DNA of 64,000 bases from an uncultured bacterium. GTDB taxonomy: Bacteria; Desulfobacterota_D; UBA1144; Nemesobacterales; UBA2774. Positions 60,591 through 64,000 of the stretch are shown here, piece by piece. The DNA lies in NCBI GenBank assembly GCA_963825135.1, contig CAWGRW010000009.1, forward strand, positions 2,656,001-2,720,000, given 5' to 3'. The notes beneath the pieces are model-generated. The model was not told where the DNA came from. It saw nothing but the letters and a program-made list of their open reading frames with translations, and did not search any database. Both the position numbers and the translations under genes were made by a program. The stretch's first letter is position 1. Each line of letters starts with the position of its first letter.

Positions 60591-61599
60591 TTAAACCGAA
60601 GTGTCGAGCTCCTTCCAGCTCACGGGTTTTGCCATTGCAACCACGACCTTTCTCCGGCCCGAAAACGGCTTCCTACCGTGAGCGACGAGCATATTGTCCA
60701 ACACCAGAAGATCGCCCGGCTCCCATCTGAAAGCAACTGTCGCTGAATCATATGCTTTCCTCAGTTCGTCAATCACGTCCTTGCCGATTCTCGTACCGTC
60801 GCCATAGTAGGTATTGTTCGGAAGGTCTTTCTCTTTGAAGAATTTAAGAAGCATCTGCTGCAGTTTCGGCTCTATTGCATATACGTTAAGCACGGCAGCA
60901 TGGTTGAGCCACAGCATTTCTCCGGTAACGGGGTGCTTCGCGACCGCGGGCCTAAGCTGTTTCGTTCTTACTTTTTTCTCGTCCATCCATTCAAAATCCG
61001 TCTCCGATTCTTTACAGAACCTTTCCATCTCGGCTCTGTCCTGTGTTTGGTAAACTTCCTGCCACGTAAAGCCGAAAGGTCCGCCGGCCAGATTTCTGAC
61101 ATATAAAACACCTTTCTCCTCGAACGGTTTTCTTATCGAGGGGTCTATCCGTTCGTAGACCTTCCTTACGTCCGCTATCGGCGTTTCCCCCCCATTTTCA
61201 GCGGCCTCAATACAGTAAAAGAAAATCCTCATCGGGAATTTTGCGGCGAATGAGCTTTCGTTATGAAGAATTATCTCCAGCTCCGGCGGGTAATTGGTAG
61301 CCGTGTATACATTGCCTTTGACCTGAGTCCTGTGAGTGGCCCTGTCGTTATAATCAATCAGGCCTCCGTAGCAGTCCCTGACCGCCGATTCAAAGTCCCC
61401 GATGCCGTCGATGCGAAACCCCCTGAACAATATCCCCCCGTGTTTTAATAAATTCGCTTCTATTTCGTTTTGATTTAATTTGAGAAAATCGTTTAAAGCC
61501 AGTCCTCCCGCGCTTCGGGGTAACGACAAGCGCCAGTTTTTTATCGTCGTCAAAAAAACCTGTATTTACTTCGATGTTTTCATTAATTCCGATTGTCAT
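60591..61599 (-). CDS. TauD/TfdA Fe(II)/2-oxoglutarate dioxygenase, SyrP-like; frameshift near 61515
   Basis: GGILFRGF, HNE facial-triad motif, GGETPIAD and DNMLVAHGR.PF.G.R. The N-terminus MTIG...LALVVTP lies in another frame. Confidence 0.9.
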
Positions 61600-61792
61600 A
61601 CCTACCCTTGTTTTCCAATCGAAGGAAGGAATAGTCAGTAAGCACGAATCATTATGCTTCTTTCATAAAATTAGTGAGCAATAACGCTTATTATTTGAAT
61701 TTTACTGCTTTGTCGGTATTTATCAACTTTCGAGCCCCATAAACAGGTCCGGCTCAAAAGACAGGCAGTTACAGCATGTTAAGGAGTTACTC

Positions 61793-61873
61793 GTTGTGGG
61801 AGCACCCTATCGTCGCCTTGAGAATGAAGCCATTCCCCTCGCAGGGCGGCCTGAAGCATTGGCATTAAGTATT
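61793..61873 (-). pseudogene. Decayed copy of the radical SAM gene 5' end
   Basis: Translates as FRPPCEGNGFILKATIGCSHNE*, versus FRPPSEGNSFILQATIGCSHNQC in the intact gene. Confidence 0.8.
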
Positions 61874-62014
61874 TATATGAATATTGCGACTCCCGGGCAG
61901 ATTGCCAAACCCCGGACTGCAGGCGATGAACCGCTCAAAGTATGCTATAGTCCATGAAGATTATTGTTTGTGAGCGGTAGCATGGTACTCATCAGGCCGA
62001 TATAGGATACCGCA

Positions 62015-62875
62015 ATGCCGATCGATAAGCTCATCAATGTTCTAATCACGATAACTCTCTTCGAGATGATGGTGGCCATCGGCCTGAGCGTGAGCATTAA
62101 AGAGCTAATCGGCGTCGCCGGGAACCTCCGCCTCGTGACGCGGGCCGCGCTGGCGAATTATGTTTTCGTCCCCATAGCCGTTCTGGCTTTATTGTCTTTA
62201 TTTCATCCCGATCCCCTGGTTGCCGCGGGGTTTCTCATCGTCGCCGTATGTCCGGGGGCACCCTACGGGCCGCCCTTCACAGCTATCGCCAAGGGCAATG
62301 TATCGGCGGCGGTCGGCCTGATGGTAATTCTCGCCGGATCGTCCGCAGTCCTCGCCCCGGCACTCCTTTATTTCCTCCTGCCCCTCATGGGGGGAGGCGG
62401 AACGCTGAGCGTGGATGCGGGCAGGATCCTGATCACGCTTCTCATGACCCAGCTCCTGCCTTTATGTATCGGGCTCTTCATTCGACACCGTCGTCCTGAC
62501 ACCGCCGCAAGGCTCCGGAAACCGTTTACCCAGCTAAGCAAGGTCCTCAATCTTCTTGTGCTCGGCTTTATCCTTGTAGTCCAGTTCCATGTGCTCTCTG
62601 CAGTCAGACCGAGAGGTTACGCCGGGATGATCGCGCTCCTGGTCCTTTCACTTGCGGCAGGGTGGCTTCTGGGCGGACGCGAGAGCGCCAATAGGAAAGC
62701 TATGGCGCTTGCTACATCAGTTCGGAACGTCAGCGTGAGCCTCGTGATTGCGACCGGGAGCTTCCCCGGCACGCCGGCTGTCACGGCGGTGCTGGTATAT
62801 GGCATCTTCCAGACTTTAGCATCGGCCCTGATTGCACTCGGATGGGGCCGACTGAGCAAGGAGCCGCATCCGTAG
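62015..62875 (+). CDS. Bile acid:sodium symporter (BASS) family transporter
   Basis: M.AIGL, ANYV.VP, CPGAP, AKGN and RNVSVSLVIA; multi-TM. Confidence 0.9.
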   Translation: MPIDKLINVLITITLFEMMVAIGLSVSIKELIGVAGNLRLVTRAALANYVFVPIAVLALLSLFHPDPLVAAGFLIVAVCPGAPYGPPFTAIAKGNVSAAVGLMVILAGSSAVLAPALLYFLLPLMGGGGTLSVDAGRILITLLMTQLLPLCIGLFIRHRRPDTAARLRKPFTQLSKVLNLLVLGFILVVQFHVLSAVRPRGYAGMIALLVLSLAAGWLLGGRESANRKAMALATSVRNVSVSLVIATGSFPGTPAVTAVLVYGIFQTLASALIALGWGRLSKEPHP

Positions 62876-63079
62876 CGGGAATTATAACCCTATGACGGCA
62901 AAGATTCCGGCAGTTCGGCTCGTTCAAACCGTTAAACAGAAAGTTGCCCATTGTGTTGACTCATGCATATCAATTATAATAATTCCTAATAAGCGCTGAT
63001 AGCTATTCAATCATTCTCCGATTGATGCGGGTTGTGTATTAATCTTGAATAGGCCGGGGAAAAAGGAGCATGCATTCAG

Positions 63080-64000
63080 ATGAAAATTAAACCCGTAACC
63101 AAAGAAGAGAGGCGTAAACAGGGAAAAGCCCTTCGCGAGAAGTGTCCGCGCTCCTCACACGCGGAATGGAATCCGCAGCCGCGCCCTCAGACCGTCGCTG
63201 ATCTTCTCGAAGAATCAAATGCCGACAGGATCCCCGGACTCATCGCAATCCGCTACGGCAGGATGGCCCAGACTCCATTCACCTTCTTCCGCGGCTCGGC
63301 CATCATACAGGCGCGCGACCTGATCAATTCTCCGAACTCGGGTATCACCGTTCAGGCCTGCGGCGACTGCCACCTGATGAATTTCGGCGGCTTCGCTACG
63401 CCAGAGCGGAACCTTGCATTCGATATCAACGATTTCGACGAGACTTTTCCGGCTCCGTTCGAGTGGGATATAAAGCGGCTTGCGGCGAGCATCGTGGTAT
63501 GCGCCAGGGAACGGGACTTCTCAAAAAAGGACGCGGATAAAGCCGTCGGGGCAGCCGTCGAGTCGTACAGAACGCGTATGTCGGAATACGCCGATTTGAC
63601 GCTTTTAGAGCTCTGGTACTCGAAAATCACCTTAGACGACATGATGGAGGCTTTTAAAGAGCATGAGGACACGGTAAAAAGGATAGAGAAGAAGAAAGAG
63701 GAAGCGCAGTCCCGAACCTCCGAGGCTTTATTTCCCAAGCTTACCGATGTCAAGGACGGATTAAGAAGGATCGTGGATAACCCTCCGTACATCTTTCATT
63801 TCAAAGAGAACGTTCCGGAGTTCGAAAAGGCCGCAATTAAGTTCAGGGAGCACTACGAGAAAACGCTGCAATCAGACCGACGGATTTTATATAATCGCTA
63901 CATCCCCGAAGACATAGTGGTAAAGGTCGTCGGAATCGGCAGTGTGGGCACACGATGTGTTGTCTCATTGCTGCTTGCGGATGAGAATGACCCTCTATTC
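63080..64000 (+). CDS. DUF2252 family kinase-like protein (partial, runs off the window edge)
   Basis: Manual translation MKIKPVTKEERRKQGKALREKCPRSSHAEW...IRYGRMAQTPFTFFRGSA...CGDCHLMNFG...FDINDFDE...KVVGIGSVGTRC. Not in the ORF track. Confidence 0.9.
   Translation, partial: MKIKPVTKEERRKQGKALREKCPRSSHAEWNPQPRPQTVADLLEESNADRIPGLIAIRYGRMAQTPFTFFRGSAIIQARDLINSPNSGITVQACGDCHLMNFGGFATPERNLAFDINDFDETFPAPFEWDIKRLAASIVVCARERDFSKKDADKAVGAAVESYRTRMSEYADLTLLELWYSKITLDDMMEAFKEHEDTVKRIEKKKEEAQSRTSEALFPKLTDVKDGLRRIVDNPPYIFHFKENVPEFEKAAIKFREHYEKTLQSDRRILYNRYIPEDIVVKVVGIGSVGTRCVVSLLLADENDPLF

Larger units (their letters stand above)
57622..61873. mobile_element. AT-rich genomic islet bounded by ~80-bp direct repeats; no integrase inside
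   Basis: 57622..57701 and 61793..61873 align with 9 mismatches and 1 indel; the interior is visibly richer in A/T than the genes to its left. Confidence 0.65.

Noticed and set aside
15769..61599. Programmed ribosomal frameshifting or phase variation in the split genes
   Set aside because: No shared slippery heptamers or long repeat tracts at the breakpoints, and many unrelated housekeeping genes are affected. Assembly error is the simpler explanation.

Overview
GC-rich bacterial chromosomal window with most genes on the minus strand. The mix of a clade II nos cluster, a System I* ccm cluster and IPTL-CTERM proteins suggests a Desulfobacterota/Ca. Dadabacteria-like organism (inference only). 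From left to right it holds: a complete Sec-type N2O reductase cluster (cyt c-nosZ-orf-nosB-D-F-Y-L, then tetR); two tandem GT4 glycosyltransferases with an ABC exporter; sufS/sufU, cobA-hemD and rsmE; a dispersed ccm cluster with unusual fusions; a sigma54-driven 72-aa orphan gene; pdaD, rmlC, recN, a sigma70 factor and proA; a glycan-modification region (uxs, cysC, gmd and an SxtJ/I/K-like carbamoyltransferase cassette, including a 59-aa gene the ORF track missed); a J-domain-TM-LysM-NTF2-like protein; housekeeping genes (ndk, lipB, holA, rpsT, fsa/tal, tlyA, ispA, xseB); an ABC-class ATPase bracketed by REP/MITE-like repeats; and an AT-rich ~4 kb islet (TauD/SyrP-like dioxygenase, ACP, GNAT, ATP-grasp ligase) bounded by an ~80-bp duplication of a radical SAM gene's 5' end. 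About 11 genes carry single-base frameshifts, most likely assembly indels. I found no rRNA, tRNA, CRISPR array, integrase or transposase.
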